This document shows, one piece after another, positions 37,030 to 51,000 of a stretch of 64,000 nt of DNA. Under the pieces are notes generated by a model. It had not been told where the DNA came from and did not search any database. It was given only the letters and a program-made list of their open reading frames with translations. Source of the stretch: Adineta vaga (lineage: Eukaryota; Animalia; Rotifera). Location: the NCBI GenBank assembly GCA_021613535.1, contig CP075497.1, positions 2,418,001-2,482,000 of the forward strand. The letters are read 5' to 3'. Every line of letters begins with the position of its first letter. The stretch's first letter is position 1. A program made the position numbers and the translations under genes.

Positions 37030-37559
37030 AGTTAGAATAGTGAACTGTTATATAATTTTAATCTAAAGAATAAATTTTGAAAGCTTTGGTTTTTTTAAGA
37101 TTGTTTATTTCAATTTTGAAATTTTTATTTTATGATTAGATATAATTTTTAACGAGTTCTTAAAGATACGAGGGAAATATGTTTCTATGCTGTCATTTCC
37201 GACACTTTCCTTCTTTTTCCGTGGAATTTCGACCATTTTGTGAGTATGGTGCTTCGACTTCGAAATGTAAGAGCAATTATTTATGTTGAAAAAATTACTG
37301 AGAAAAATGCAAAACAACAGACTGTATTCACATCCTTATTCAAATTACGAATTCGGTCTCTATCGACTGATAGCAAAATACGAAGTAAACAAAATTCCTT
37401 TCGAGCAGTTTTAGTTTTATATCAATTTGTTCTAAATAATCAGAACAACACACGTTTTCTTGTTTGGAAAAGATATACAATGCGAAAACATATTCTAAAC
37501 TACATAATACAGAAAAAAAAGGAAGTTATGCAATTATAATGCTGAAATCATCTGACACG

Positions 37560-40500
37560 TTAAGGTGAACGTTCACGTTTACGTTTTGGTGTTGTAGTAG
37601 ATAATACTCGTCGAGGAGTGCTCACTTCCATCGGTTTTAAACGACGTTCAATATCCGCAAGTACAGGCTAAACAAACAAAAAATATCTTAAATTTTTATT
37701 CATAAAATTTAAAAATAATTCTACCATCAAATATTTTTTCCATGCAAGATGTTCTTCTTCATCATAATCATCTACATTTTGTTCATTAGATTCTGTAACA
37801 TTTGGAAAATTTTCTTTTAATACACGATATGATGCCAATGTTTTAATATTTAATTTACTAAGACAATAAGCAATATTTCCTCGTTTTCGATCATCACCAC
37901 TAAATCAGAACAGAAAAATAGATAAATTAATCAATGAAATTGTCTTACCATGCTTGTTTAAATTGTCGACAAAGTCGTTTGACTAAAATCTCGCAATGGC
38001 GATCGTTTTTAATGTACGAAAACAAATGAGAAATAATATCTTGAAAAACATCTTTTGAACATATGGTATTCATTGATAAACGAGATATAATATCAGGCAA
38101 AACATTGAATAAAGCCATGCCACGTTGTCGTAATGATAATTCATCGAAGAAATGTTGAGCAATACTTGATATTGGCGTATGAGAATGAAACAAACATAGC
38201 GCTATTTCACTAATATAACCACGAACTTTAATCATTTCTCGAAGAATGAGTATCGCAATCGTACATAATGCTGTTTCACCAACATTCAAATCTTTATCAT
38301 GAATTTGTGCATAAAATTGCGGTGTAAATGGTTCGATAATATTTGGATGTCTACATCGAAAATCAATATTTTTCTTTAAAAGCAAGATTTCTGATTGAAA
38401 TACTTACCGAAGAAGTAAATCACCAAGTGAAACAATCAATGCTGAACGTACAGATGAATATGGACATAATTTCGAGATTTCAAAGATTCGATCGACATAT
38501 TTTGAACACACAGTTGGTGATACATACATCATTCGAGTACATGTTAAAATACTTGTTAAAACAAGATTTTCATCATATAATGAATGATCTTCATGAATAA
38601 ACTAAAATAAAATCATAAAAATGAATAATTGAAATGGAAAAATAGATTCATACTGATTCCATCCATTTATCAATTGAATAAAAAAGTGAATTAGATTGAA
38701 ATAATTCTTTTTCCAGTTGACTAAAATCTGAATGTTGTTGCTGTATAAAATGATTATCTTCATGATGATTTTCTTGTTGTGCAAGATTTTCTTCATCTTC
38801 ATCGTCAAATAATTGTCGTGAAACAGATGAGGATGTTTCACTATCATCAATATCATTATCATCATCATTAAGAACAATGTGTATCTTCGCTTTTTTTGTC
38901 TTTTTTATTGAAGATAAATTTGTACTTTCATATTTTTGTACTTGATGAGTAAGAAAAGCATTCATTGATACTAATAATCGAATGAATTTAATTCGCCATG
39001 ATTGATCGATGAGTTTCGATTGAGAATCAAAATTTTCAGTTGGCCAATTCAATTGTTCAGCTAAATTGCGAAGAAATTTCATGATAAAATCATCGGCTGA
39101 GATATGTGAAGGTTCTCGAAGAAATAAAATATTGAAAATTTGCTTCATACAATTGACCCATGATTGATGATTGACATCTGTCGATGAATCAAGTAATTTT
39201 TTCGTAATTAAATCATAAAATTCATTGGGAATTTCATTCGATGATTTGATTTTTAATAAATTCGAAAGAATTTGTATTTGATAATGAAAATAATCTAAAC
39301 TATATCGATCAATTTGTCGTACAAGACTTTGAAGAATTAAATTTAAACGTGAAGATAAACGATGTTTGGTATCGTAAGAAATGACGAAAGAGATTAATTG
39401 TAGAAAGGAATTTTGTCTTTGTTGAATTTGTTTGAGAAATTCATCTGTTACAAGTTTTTTCGAAGATTCAGTTGTTATTTTCAAATAATAATCAAGAAGA
39501 ACTTCAATAAATGAAAGAAAACTTGCAGTTGGAGATGTTGATTCACCAAGAAGTTGTTTAAGAATATGTTCAAATGTTAATGTTAAATTTAAATCGATTT
39601 GATCGAGAAGTTTTTCAATAATTCTTTTCGAAGAAATTCTAAAAAAAGAAAATCAATAAAATTAACATTTTCTTCTAGATGTAAGAAGATTTCTTACTTT
39701 TCATCCGTCGCTTCATCATCAATTTTTAAACAAATTCTTTTAAATCCATTAATGATTGCATTGGAGATGTTCTTATCATTCGACCAGATTAATGAAAATA
39801 AATATTTTTCTAATTTTTTATAAACATTTGATTGACATTCAAATGTTGACCACTAAAACAAGAATACGAGTTGAAAGATTAGTTCAAGACAATTGAATTA
39901 TACTTACTAAAACAAGAAAATCAATGATTTCAAGTACGTCACTTGTTACTTTTGAACTGAGTAGATAAAAAGCATCTTTAGCAAGAAATCTTCGTAGATG
40001 ATTACAAAAATCTGTTGCATTATGTAAATAAGTACTTAAAGAACAAACCAAAAACATTTTCAATTAGAAAATTTCTTTTTTCTTCTACATACACAAGTTT
40101 CGATTGTTTAACCATATTATCAAATAATCGTTTGACTTTTTCCATTGGTTCTTCATCATCAATCACATCGATAGTATTAGTAATTGCTAAACAAGTATTA
40201 AGTCGACTTTGTAATTGAATTAATTTACTCATTTCAACATTATATTTTTCAAATGATGCTAATGATTCATCTGTTGAATACATTGAACAAACACGTTGTT
40301 GTTGTTCGACAACACGTTCAAATAAAACATGTTGATCATCGTGATCATTCTCCTTGTCACTATCAGTTATTTTATCAATATCAATCGAAACATTATCAAG
40401 TTGCAATGTTTGCCCTAATAATCGTTGTAATTGAACTAATTTATTCATTTCAGAATTGTATTCATCAAGCATTGCATCAATTGGAAGAAACTAGAAAAGA

Positions 40501-42140
40501 AAAGTTCAATAGAAAAGAACTACATTGTATAATTTGTATCTTACTCGATCTGTATATGGATTACACTTCAATAGTTTTGTTGCTAATTGAATTGCATGTT
40601 TTCGAACAATACAAGATGTATCATTCATTCGTTCAATAGTTGCTTGTGTTAAATGGCAATAGAATTTCGTTGGAATTAATTTTGCTTCAACTAAATTCAT
40701 ACATAAACCAATTGCATGAGAACGAACATGAACATTGGAATCGAGAAAATATTGATCGATAATTAAGAAGAATAATTCACCACGTAATTCTTTGTATTCC
40801 GGTAATGATGAACAGTAACGAATTATATTTACACAAACATTTAATAAACAATTACGCATTTGTAAACAATCACTATCGAATAAATCAAGTAAACGATTGA
40901 TATAGATTATTAAATGATCAGATATATGTATGGATAATTCATCAAGTAGTTTAGCCATTGTACGAGAACTATTTGGTTCCGATTGAGAATTAGCAATCGA
41001 AGTATTTGAACGAGATGAATTTATCGGTGTTGATGATTGAACAATCGAAGGTGAAAGACAAAGATGACAAATATCACTGAAAAAAAACAAACAAATGTTT
41101 TTCTATTTATTTTATTGATAAATAAAGAAATCTTACTTGATAATTCTTTCCAATAATGTATCCGTTCGAAAATGTTTTACATGACAAACAACAACAGCAG
41201 AAAAGATTGTAGCTGTATGTTCTTGAATCTGTAACATTTGAATCATTTTCATACTTGTTTCTATAAAATTCAACATATGAATATTTTTTCTGATACTTCG
41301 TTTTTTTAAAACTACCTTCTTCACTACGAAATTGTCCAATTGTAACTGCTAATATAAATGATAGATAATCTTTCACTGTTCTTGCTCGTGATGAAAATTG
41401 ATTATTTCGAATAATTGTTAAACAAACATCAACAATCGTACTAAAATCAATGTAATTAGAAAAGAAAAACAAATCCGAAATCATTAATCATCATACGTTC
41501 CAATTTGTTGATCTTCTAATCTTTCAGTTTCATGCCAGAATTGTCGAAGATCGAGTTTAATAAAATTTGTAAATAGAAGAAGTATTTCATCTCGTTCATT
41601 AATAAACCATTCAATTTGACATGTTTGATTCGATTTCTTTTGTTTTTTTGTCGGACTTCCATGACGTTGTTGATCATTATCGATGATTAAATGTTCAAGA
41701 ACAAGTAAATATCGACAAAGAAGATCCAATGAATATAAAATCATTTGACGATGAACATTATCAACATTCGCTTTTTGATGAGAACTGATCGAATCAATTT
41801 CACCTTGAATAGCTACGAAAGAAAAGTAATGTTTTTATATTAAGAATTCGCAAAAAGATTTACCATCTTTTAGAAGATTACTGAACACTTTTCGAATATC
41901 ATGAGATCGTTCAACGTATCTAGAAAAAGAAATTCGAATATTTTCTCTTGTCTAAGAATAGTTACATACCCAATAAGATCATCAGCAATTGCATGTAATT
42001 TCGGTAGACTATATGAAGGATCACTATGCTTGTTAAATTGACATTCTAGATAAAGTTTTTCTATGAGTGAGAAGTAAAAATGTCTAATTATAATACTGAC
42101 CTTTGAATAATACATTTAATTCTTCTTTACTAATACCCAT
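37560..42140 (-). CDS. NCAPD2: Condensin I HEAT subunit CAP-D2 (Cnd1), multi-exon
   Basis: MRNCLL, D.NVHVRSHAI, ERMNDTSCIVRKHAIQL..LLKCNPY, SKVTSDVLEIIDF and the Cnd1 C-terminal RHPNIIEPFT..FYAQIHD.D..V...AL..I..LILREMIKVRG.ISEIALCL, LFNVLPDIISRLS. Ends ...PKRKRERSP* at 37560. Confidence 0.92.
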
Positions 42141-42222
42141 TATTATTTGATTGTACAATATTTACATCTAAAAATAAATAAATGCGCCATTCTATTTGTT
42201 CCTATATTTCGATTTGAATTCA

Positions 42223-42864
42223 ATGGAAAAAATCTCCGGTGTAGAAGAAACAAAATCTTTAATTAGAGATTCATCAAAACATTCAAGTTCATCTATCACT
42301 TCATTGAATAAAAGTGAAAAAGTTAATCTATCTTCTTCTCAGATCATTTATTTTGGTTGTCAATCACATTCTGGTATTGAATTATGGGATACAACATATT
42401 TTCTTTCGATTCTTTTTGAATTGCTCGATGAATACAAAGATAATTCAAAAGAAGAATCTCGTTTAACAGCATTTATTCTTTGTCGTTTCGATGATATGAA
42501 TTTCAATACACGAATTCCTATTAAATTAGTTCTGCAAATACTTAAATATTTCACAAATATTCGCATGAAAATTCTTCTCCTATTGGAATTTCTAAATCTT
42601 TCTGAAACAATTGATTGTTCTCAAGCATTAATGTTACTTTGGCAATTCTCAACATATGGTTATATGACATTATTTTATGTATTAGATCGATTGAAATTTT
42701 CAATTATCGATAAAGATCGCGAATGGAAATCATTATTAACAATTTTCGAACCATTAGAAAACAAGAAACATGCAGCGTATATTGTATTAGATAAAACAAA
42801 TTTTTACAAACCAAATCAAGCCACAATTGTATTTGGATCTAAAAAGCTTCAACGATATTTCTAA
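42223..42864 (+). CDS. Intronless helical-repeat protein, possibly DUF4476-like
   Basis: The ORF runs about 213 aa from the ATG at 42223. Segments such as IPIKLVLQILKYF...KI and IDCSQALMLLWQFS...L...IIDKD resemble DUF4476 repeats by recall only. Confidence 0.5.
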   Translation: MEKISGVEETKSLIRDSSKHSSSSITSLNKSEKVNLSSSQIIYFGCQSHSGIELWDTTYFLSILFELLDEYKDNSKEESRLTAFILCRFDDMNFNTRIPIKLVLQILKYFTNIRMKILLLLEFLNLSETIDCSQALMLLWQFSTYGYMTLFYVLDRLKFSIIDKDREWKSLLTIFEPLENKKHAAYIVLDKTNFYKPNQATIVFGSKKLQRYF

Positions 42865-44190
42865 TTCTGACTTTAACCGGCCTAATTATCATTGTCATTC
42901 ATTCATTCCTTCACCTTACTTATCATTGGATAGTTCTAAATAAGCTGTAAATCAATGACAGATGATAGATGTCACTAACATTTAGTTTACGTGATAATCG
43001 ATTAAGTAATAATCACATCAATTCAGTCAAGGTATCAATATTCAATCAAATAAAAGCAGTATCAATCGAGAAATGACATGACATGATCACAGTCTAATTT
43101 TCAAGTAAACAGAGCAGAAAAATAAAAAGATCTATTGATCTACGACTGATCATTTCAATTGTTTGCGCTTCATTTCATCGGCTACCGAATTGATCCACAA
43201 AAATCATATAGTTATCTCGTAAATCATACAAAATCTTGAAACACTCGTTAATGGACACATAGATTGTGTCTTAGTTCAGATTGATTGATCTCTACAGTTG
43301 AAAAAAGACTGACTTATCTCATTTCACTGATATATTACTTCAGAATGGTATAACTATAATCATGATCTGATTTATCAAAGAGACAACATGAGAGAATTGT
43401 GTTCAATTTTTGGTATATAGAAATACTGCTGCTATTGTATGAACACCTTTAGCAACTACTTAGATGAAAAAATTGAAACTTGAAAGAGAGTGTTGGGAAA
43501 GATATCGCCTCATCTGGTTGCATTGAGAGAGCGGAGAAGGGTAATATTTGAATAATTGAATCCAACTTTAAAATTTGGCACTATTGACTATCTGTGTGTA
43601 TATATAACGTTGAAATTGTATAATGGATCATCATTAACTATCACTAAATGAAGTATGCGTCGTATTCAGCCGATAAAGAATATCAGAAATATGAGTGATA
43701 TTTTCTCTCATCTTCTCTTGTATGCTAAAAATGATTGAATAAATCCAAAATGAATGAATGAATGAATGCTAGATATTGGAATGAAGCTGATTCCAACACG
43801 AATCTTTCAAATGATGTAAGAGTAAATTAGCCACTAAAGAGTCTATTCAAGATCTTCATTATAATCAATAATCCGTCATATTACACACGTTAATCTAGAT
43901 GTGAGAAAACAAACCAGTGGCATCTATTGAAGACTAGACAGATTGTGTTTTCTTCTTCCTTTCTTTCCTTCTTGTTCGTCGTTCATGTTTACTTACTGTA
44001 CTTATAGCTGTCGAAGTCAAAATAAGTTAAACTTTCACTAGATTTATTTGCTTCGTCATGTTTGAATCTACGGGTACAACTTGACAGCATGCATCGTCAT
44101 GCTTACACTGTGATAAAATTATTATTACAAATACTTGTGCTTATTTGTGCCGTAAAACATATTCATTATTCGACTTCTCTAGAAAAAAAC

Positions 44191-45061
44191 ATGTCGCAAA
44201 ACGATTTACCTGTAGTTTTTGTTACACATGGAGCGTAAGAAAGTTATAAAATTTTAATTCGACTAATTCAATTTTCATATCTTTAGAGGTCCAATGATGT
44301 TTCTCGATTCGCCACCAATGCCGGTTTTTGGTGAAGTTGATCGAAATAGTCCAGCAGCTCAATGGTATCGTCAACTATCGAAACAATTAGCTTTAACAAC
44401 ACCACCAAAAGCCATTCTCGTTATCACAGCACATTGGGAAACAGCAAACAGTGTTCATATTAGTGCAAAAGAAAAATATACTGAACTTCTTTATGACTAT
44501 GGTGGATTTGCACCTGAAGCTTATCGACTTCAATATAATCCATCTGGTGATCTCAACTTGTCCAGACGTGTCAAATCCTTACTTGACCAAGCTGGTATAG
44601 CAGCTAAATTCGATGACAAACGAAATTTTGATCATGGTGTTTTTATTCCATTGAAACTGATCTATCCCGATGCAACTATTCCTGTTGTTGCCATGTCTGT
44701 TCTCAGAAGTTTATCATCAGCTGAACATTTAGCTATTGGTAAAGCTCTTGCACCATTGCGAAAAGAAGGAGTTTTAATCATTGGTTCTGGTTCAACTGTA
44801 CATGGCTTTGACGTTACAGAAAAGCAAGCACATGAATTTGTTGCTGAATTAAGAAAGACTCTCACAGAAGATAATCCACATGATCGTGAAAATGTTTTAC
44901 TTAATTGGGATAGAGCTTTACCATTTGCACGAATGAACCATCCACGTGAAGAACATTTAATACCTCTACATGTTATTGTTGGCGCAGCTGGTTCAGATCG
45001 TGGATATTTATTAAATCCAAATGTAAATGAAACGCAATCTTCTTTTAAATTCGGCAATTAA
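44191..45061 (+). CDS. LigB-family (class III) extradiol ring-cleavage dioxygenase, 4,5-DOPA dioxygenase/YgiD-like, 2 exons (intron 44235-44286); HGT candidate
   Basis: PVVFVTHGA|GP, PKAILVITAHWET, LLYDYGGF..EAY.LQY, RNFDHGVFIPL.LIYPDA.IPVV, H.AIGKALAPLR.EGVLIIGSG..VH, HPREEHLIPL.V..GAAG. Confidence 0.93.
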
Positions 45062-45214
45062 AGAAAAGTAGCTCATTGTGATGTTTTTTTCTTCGTGATA
45101 ACTTATATTTATAAATGATTTTTCTTTTCAGTTATTTTACATCTTTATCTGCTTATCAAAAAAAGAAAAAAGGAGGAGGAGGAGGAGGAGAAGAAGAAGA
45201 ACAGTTTGATTACA

Positions 45215-46593
45215 TTAATTTTGACTACCAAAGACACCTTTATCCACAATAAAATAATTACATCGATTTGTTTTTGGTATATGATAACAATAATCAATCG
45301 ATAATGAACGTAAATAAACCACATTCGTTTTAATACTTGTCGTTGATTTTCGTTCATCAAAGACAACTTGAGATTGTTGAGAATCAGGATGATGTTCTTC
45401 AACTTTTTCGGTTTTACTTAATTGTACACGACAATGAACAAGAAATGCCCAAGTTAAACCTAATGCTGGACCTAATGTCATCGGTTGTGATGGTAAAGAA
45501 AGTGTTGAATTTTGTCCAAATTGAGTTTGTACCTTTGAAGAAACAAATGAGAATTTTTTATGAAGAAGATTTCCAATCTTTACTTGATTAACACAGATAA
45601 TAGCGAGGTTATAACGTTGACATAATGTATGCATTGCAAAGCCAAAATATTGTAATGTATTTGCTTTTGTATGATGTTCAAACATAATATCTTCGGAACG
45701 AAAAAGAGCTGCTAAAGAATCGATAATAATCAATCGAATATTTCTTTCTCGACTAAGTAACAGAGGTAATCGATCAATAAGTGTCATTTCTAAATGACGC
45801 TAAAAGAAACAAATAAGAATATGGAACAAAATTTTCAAGAATGATAAAACATACATAATGTCGAATTATATCTAGATAAATATTATCAAAAAATTTCTGT
45901 TGTAAACACCGAGCATCGGCAATATTAAATGGCTTATCCGCTTTCGCACGATAATATGAAATATGTTTTAAACGTTTATCAATTTTCTCAATTTGAGATT
46001 CTGTATTGATATAAACTACTTCTATTGATGAGACGACAGAAGAATACATACAAAAATAAATACAAACAAAGGACTTACTAGCTTCTTCTCCTCGAGCACG
46101 GAAGGTTCGTTGTACTTCTAATGACATTTGAATACATAATTGAGTCTTTCCACATCCACTCTCTCCATATAATTCAGTTATTTGACCAAGTCGTATTCCA
46201 CCACCAAGTGTTTGATCAAGAATTGGACAACCTATGGAAAACATTCGAATCGAATCACGTTCATTCTCTGTCATTTGCCAGACTAGATAAACAATGACAT
46301 CATATTGATTACGACTAAAAAGAAAAGCACTTCACCAGTCGTCTGTCGTCTCGAAAATGGATAGAATGCATTTGCAACACATAGAAATGCAAGATCTATT
46401 TCTGCTTGTGATAATCGTGTCGTTCGAAGAACTTGTTCTGGATCGAATTCCAAAAATTTTTGTAAAGAATATTTCGTGCCATAAGCTAAACAGAAGATTA
46501 ATATAGGAAAAAAAAACAGAACATCAATCCACCTCGAGAAAGTTTTCCTTCAACATTTGGTGGTAGATCAATATCATTCAAAGTAAGAGGCAT
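45215..46593 (-). CDS. XRCC3: RAD51 paralog XRCC3-like DNA repair protein, multi-exon
   Basis: SIGCPILDQTLGGGIRLGQITELYGESGCGKTQLC (Walker A), VVYINTE, LIIIDSLAALFR (Walker B), ICVNQV and PALGLTWA, which is typical of XRCC3. Confidence 0.85.
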
Positions 46594-46799
46594 ATTTCAT
46601 ATTTCTAGAAACAAAGTTCAATCGATGATTTCAAGCGTTTGTTTGTTTTTTTCTTATTCGACATGAATATACTTGTTAAAACAAGATCATCAAGTGTACA
46701 TTAATAAAAAGAAAAGAAAAGAAAACACAAAACAATAAAAAAAATTTTTGCGAAAGTAAAAGTATAATGAATGGCACAGATCTTTAAAGTTTATCTCTT

Positions 46800-48009
46800 T
46801 CATTCCACAACGATTGCTTGGCTTGTCTTATCTTCAATTGTTAATTTTTCATTGAGATCATCCTCGAGTTCATCCACATGATTATCAATATCATCATCTG
46901 TTATTTGATCCATTTGATATTGTTCTAATTTAATACCTGTCGTAACAACAAGATCGTCATTTTCATCATCATCATCACTTGTTACTGCATCATGTTGTGC
47001 AATTTCCTATAACAAAAAGAACATGAAGATTTCATTGAATATATTCAATTTGATTCGAAAGAAAAGCCATGCAAACCAAATCAGCATGCGAAGAAGAGCG
47101 CAATCAAAAATCTGTCAATAAAACTGTTTGTTTTTTTTGTGTCATGCTCATCATTCAGTTTTTCATACCTTTGCTGTAAGTCGACCTGCTAATTCCTCTC
47201 TAAATTTTTCTTTGGCCCATTGCAGAAAATGAGCAGTATCATAGGTGGTTGTCTGATAGAGAAGATCGATTAGATTTTTGTAGAATTTTCATTTGAAAAT
47301 TTTCAAAAAAAGAAACACTTTACTTACTTCGTTATCCAAAGCTAGAAATTCATTGCTCAATTGATCATGTTCAGATGCTAATTGTTTTTCAACTGCTTCT
47401 TCTAATTTCAATTGTTGTTGAAGTTTATCAAGTGATTCGATAATATTATCTAAACAGAATAGTTTTTCATTTATCTTTTAAAGAAAAACAAACGATACTT
47501 ACTTTCTGTAATCGATGTATCCGATGGTGCATTAACAGAATCATTAATTGATCGATTATTTTCATCTTCATCATCTAAGGTTGATTCTCTTAAATGCATA
47601 CTTGTTGATAATGAACTATTTCCACTGTCATCAATTGTTGTTGTTGTTGTTTGAGAATCGAGATTTGTTTGTGGTTGATTTGTACCAATTAATTCCGGAT
47701 TATCGTCTTCCCACCATTCTTCAATTAAATCAATGTCATTTGAATCATCAATTCGATTGGAATTTATGTTAGTATTATTGCTTCGTCGATTTGGATTGGA
47801 TCGATTATTTGAATCATTTCGTCGAGAATAATTATTATTGAAACCATATTGACGAGGATCATAAGAAGATAATGGAAATTGGTGTTTATCTTGGTGATAA
47901 TTGCGTTGTTGTTGCTGTTGTTGTGTTGATCGTCGTCGTTGATATGTTGATGTTCCCCAATAAGAATTTTCATCCTTATTCATATATGCCGATAGTGGAA
48001 GACTATTTG

Positions 48010-48041
<32 letters not shown>

Positions 48042-51000
48042 CGTTGATAACGATTGTTCAAATTGTTATTATTATTATTACTTGAAGAACGAAAGAAATT
48101 ATTAGTCGATTGTTGTTGAGCAGAGAAATCATAGAATGATTGTGGACGTGATTGATAACGATTGTCATTATTAAAATGGGAGAATGAATTTCGTAGATGA
48201 TCGAAATCGCCCGACATTGGTCGTGATTGAGAATATTTATTATCTTGATCAGATCTTTTCAATCGACGAAATCGTGGTGGAATATCCATAGATGAATTAT
48301 CTTGTTGTTGAAGATGAGCAGCTGATGATGATGATGATGAAGATGGAGTTAGGACTTGAGATGGAGGAACGGGTGGAGTTGCTTGAAAAACAGGTGAAGA
48401 TTGAAAATGAGATGGATGCTGATATTGATGACGATTGGAATTTTCAAATGTACGACTTGGATGAAATTGATGAAAATGTGTTTGTGATGGTTGAGAAGAA
48501 GATGGAGGAGGAGCTGTTGCCATAGGTGTAGCTGGATGAGTAAAATAAACAGTACCATTGCCATTAAAAGGAGTTGTTTGAGCAGATGATGGATACATAA
48601 AATTATGTACATAAGATGATTCTAAAAATAACAATATGAACATATAAAAAGACATTTAGTGGTAATAAACATACGATCAAGTTGTTCGCCACCATTGTTC
48701 ATTAAATGATCGAGACCTGTATGATGTCCATTGATATTTGTTGGTAACAATTGAAGATGTATAGGTGGAGGAGGTGGCATGGAATTATTTTGCCATATAG
48801 GTATTTGTGGAATGTCTAAATGAAATTCTGAAGGTCCTCCTGGATGACCATTATTGTGTGTTCCCGTTCGACGCATTCGTTCTATTCATGTATCAATGAA
48901 AGGATTTTTATTAATTTCTTTGGCATTGACAAAACAATAGTATTTTACCTTCTCGTCGACGCTGTCCTTGCTCTTGGCTTCGTTGTTGTTGTTGTTGTTG
49001 TTGGTTGAAACGTCCACTACCGATACGAGTAGCTTTTAAAATAGAAAAAAAAAGAAATATTAATAACAAGATGGTTTATTTAATCCTATCGAAGAAAAAG
49101 TTAAGATAAAAAAGCACTTGGTGAGTACACATGCAGATAAACGAAAAGAAAAGAAATCATTCATTCATGCAGTTATGTGGTTAACCAACATGATTTAATT
49201 TAATCCAAATACTTTGTTTTGAATAAGAAAATAAATTAACAGAGAATTCAAACAAGTCATTAATTTACTTACTTGACTGATATTTATCTGTTGATTCTTA
49301 GTCAAACGATAGTCTATGTAGGAGTGTAGATTATTTCGCTCTTCGTTCTATTGTCTATACAAACTACTGATGATCGTTAAATATGTATACACACACACAC
49401 ACAATATACATTACGCTCTTATTTCTCTCTCATTTTTTTTATTCTTTTCGTCCATCGACAAAAACGTGCACATCGATTTTCAAGGTGCATCTATTATTCC
49501 CTCTCAAATATATTTATCTTTCTATAGGATACATCGATAAGCGTTTTGTTACGTTCAAAGGCATTTAATCAGCTGATTTACAAGCATCCTCAATACCGTC
49601 ATGCAGTCGAGAAAGGAATGAAAGAGAAGAATATGATCCAAGCCGAGTGAAGAGAAAAAAAACGCGAGCAGCAAGTCAGTCAATGAGTTATCAAAAGAGA
49701 CGATAACCTACCTTGATTGTTTACAATGACAAGTTTTTTTGCGTGTGCCGGTTCGTCGGCCTCTACGCACAAAATTGATTCCATAAGAATTCAACAGGTT
49801 CCTTTTTCTTTTCTTTCTCAATATTTCTTTCATTTTGTATACACAAACATATATCAATTACATATGTTTCAAATAGAAGAAAACCTTTCTTAATTATCAC
49901 ATCTTACCATAATTATTTTCTGTTTGATAATAACAAGGATAAGCATATTCACGTAATTCAGGACTGATAAAATTATTGGTATTTGTGTTATATTGTTGAT
50001 TAGCTATTTCTTGAGCACGTTCGTGTTTCAAACGATTATAATCCACTTTTTGTACACGTTGAGTTTGATTTTCTGTACGATCCTTTAATTGAAATAGATA
50101 AACAGATTTCAAATGATTTATTCAATTGAATTAATTTACATTTTCGAATTTTCGTCGTACAGGAGGTCGATGAATTTGTTCATGTTGATTTTCCTGCAAA
50201 ATACAATTTGATCTTTTTCAAATGCAAAATTTTAATATAAAATCAATAATACTTGAGACTGTTGTTGAGTTGTATTATATCGTCCACGATTCTTGGTTGT
50301 CTAAAGAAGAAAAAAAAACGTTGATTAAAATCCAAAACCATACGTCTATATTCTCTACTTACACTTCGCATCGTGTCTTTTGTATATTCAACTGCAGTTG
50401 TTATTGCGCCTGATTGTTGAGCTAGTTGTCGGTCTTCCTCGATTTCCTTCAATAAACATATACACATCGAAGAGAATTACATTGTCAGATTAAAATCTAA
50501 ATTTTCTCTCTCTCTCTCTCTCGCTCGCTCGCTTTTTCCTTCTCTCGAAGTAACACTTATAAGAAGACATACATCTATTCAGAACAAATGAACAACTATT
50601 CGAAAGTAAAATGAATAGAAAAATATTATTCCAAGCAAGCAGTCACGATATACAGCACGCCCCTCGTTATGTCTAATGAAACTCTATATCCCTTGTTCTG
50701 TACATAGGTATATTCTTCTATTAGAAATAAGAACGCGAGAAAAGACGAAGTAAAATTGTCAAAAAAATGCATTTTTTTCTCTTTCTGCCTTTCTCTCATT
50801 CTCATTGCAATGACATTCGAGAGTAGAGAAGAAAAGAATAGACCTCTTAATCGACGAATATCAATCGTTAGTTTCCCTTCTTCTCTCTCTCTCTCTTTCG
50901 CCCTCGTTCTTATTCTTTTACTTGTTTCATGTCTTGTCATTTTACTTGTACACATTCTGCAGACAAACAATTAGTACATATTCAAGTACAAACCTGATGA

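Noticed and set aside
43370-43830. Exon-like fragments upstream of the dioxygenase
   Set aside because: No continuous reading frame and no recognisable motif.
2167-45061. Bacterial contamination or a single bacterial operon insertion explaining the three foreign-type enzymes
   Set aside because: Each gene has a spliceosomal intron and host-like composition, and they are separated by many ordinary animal genes.
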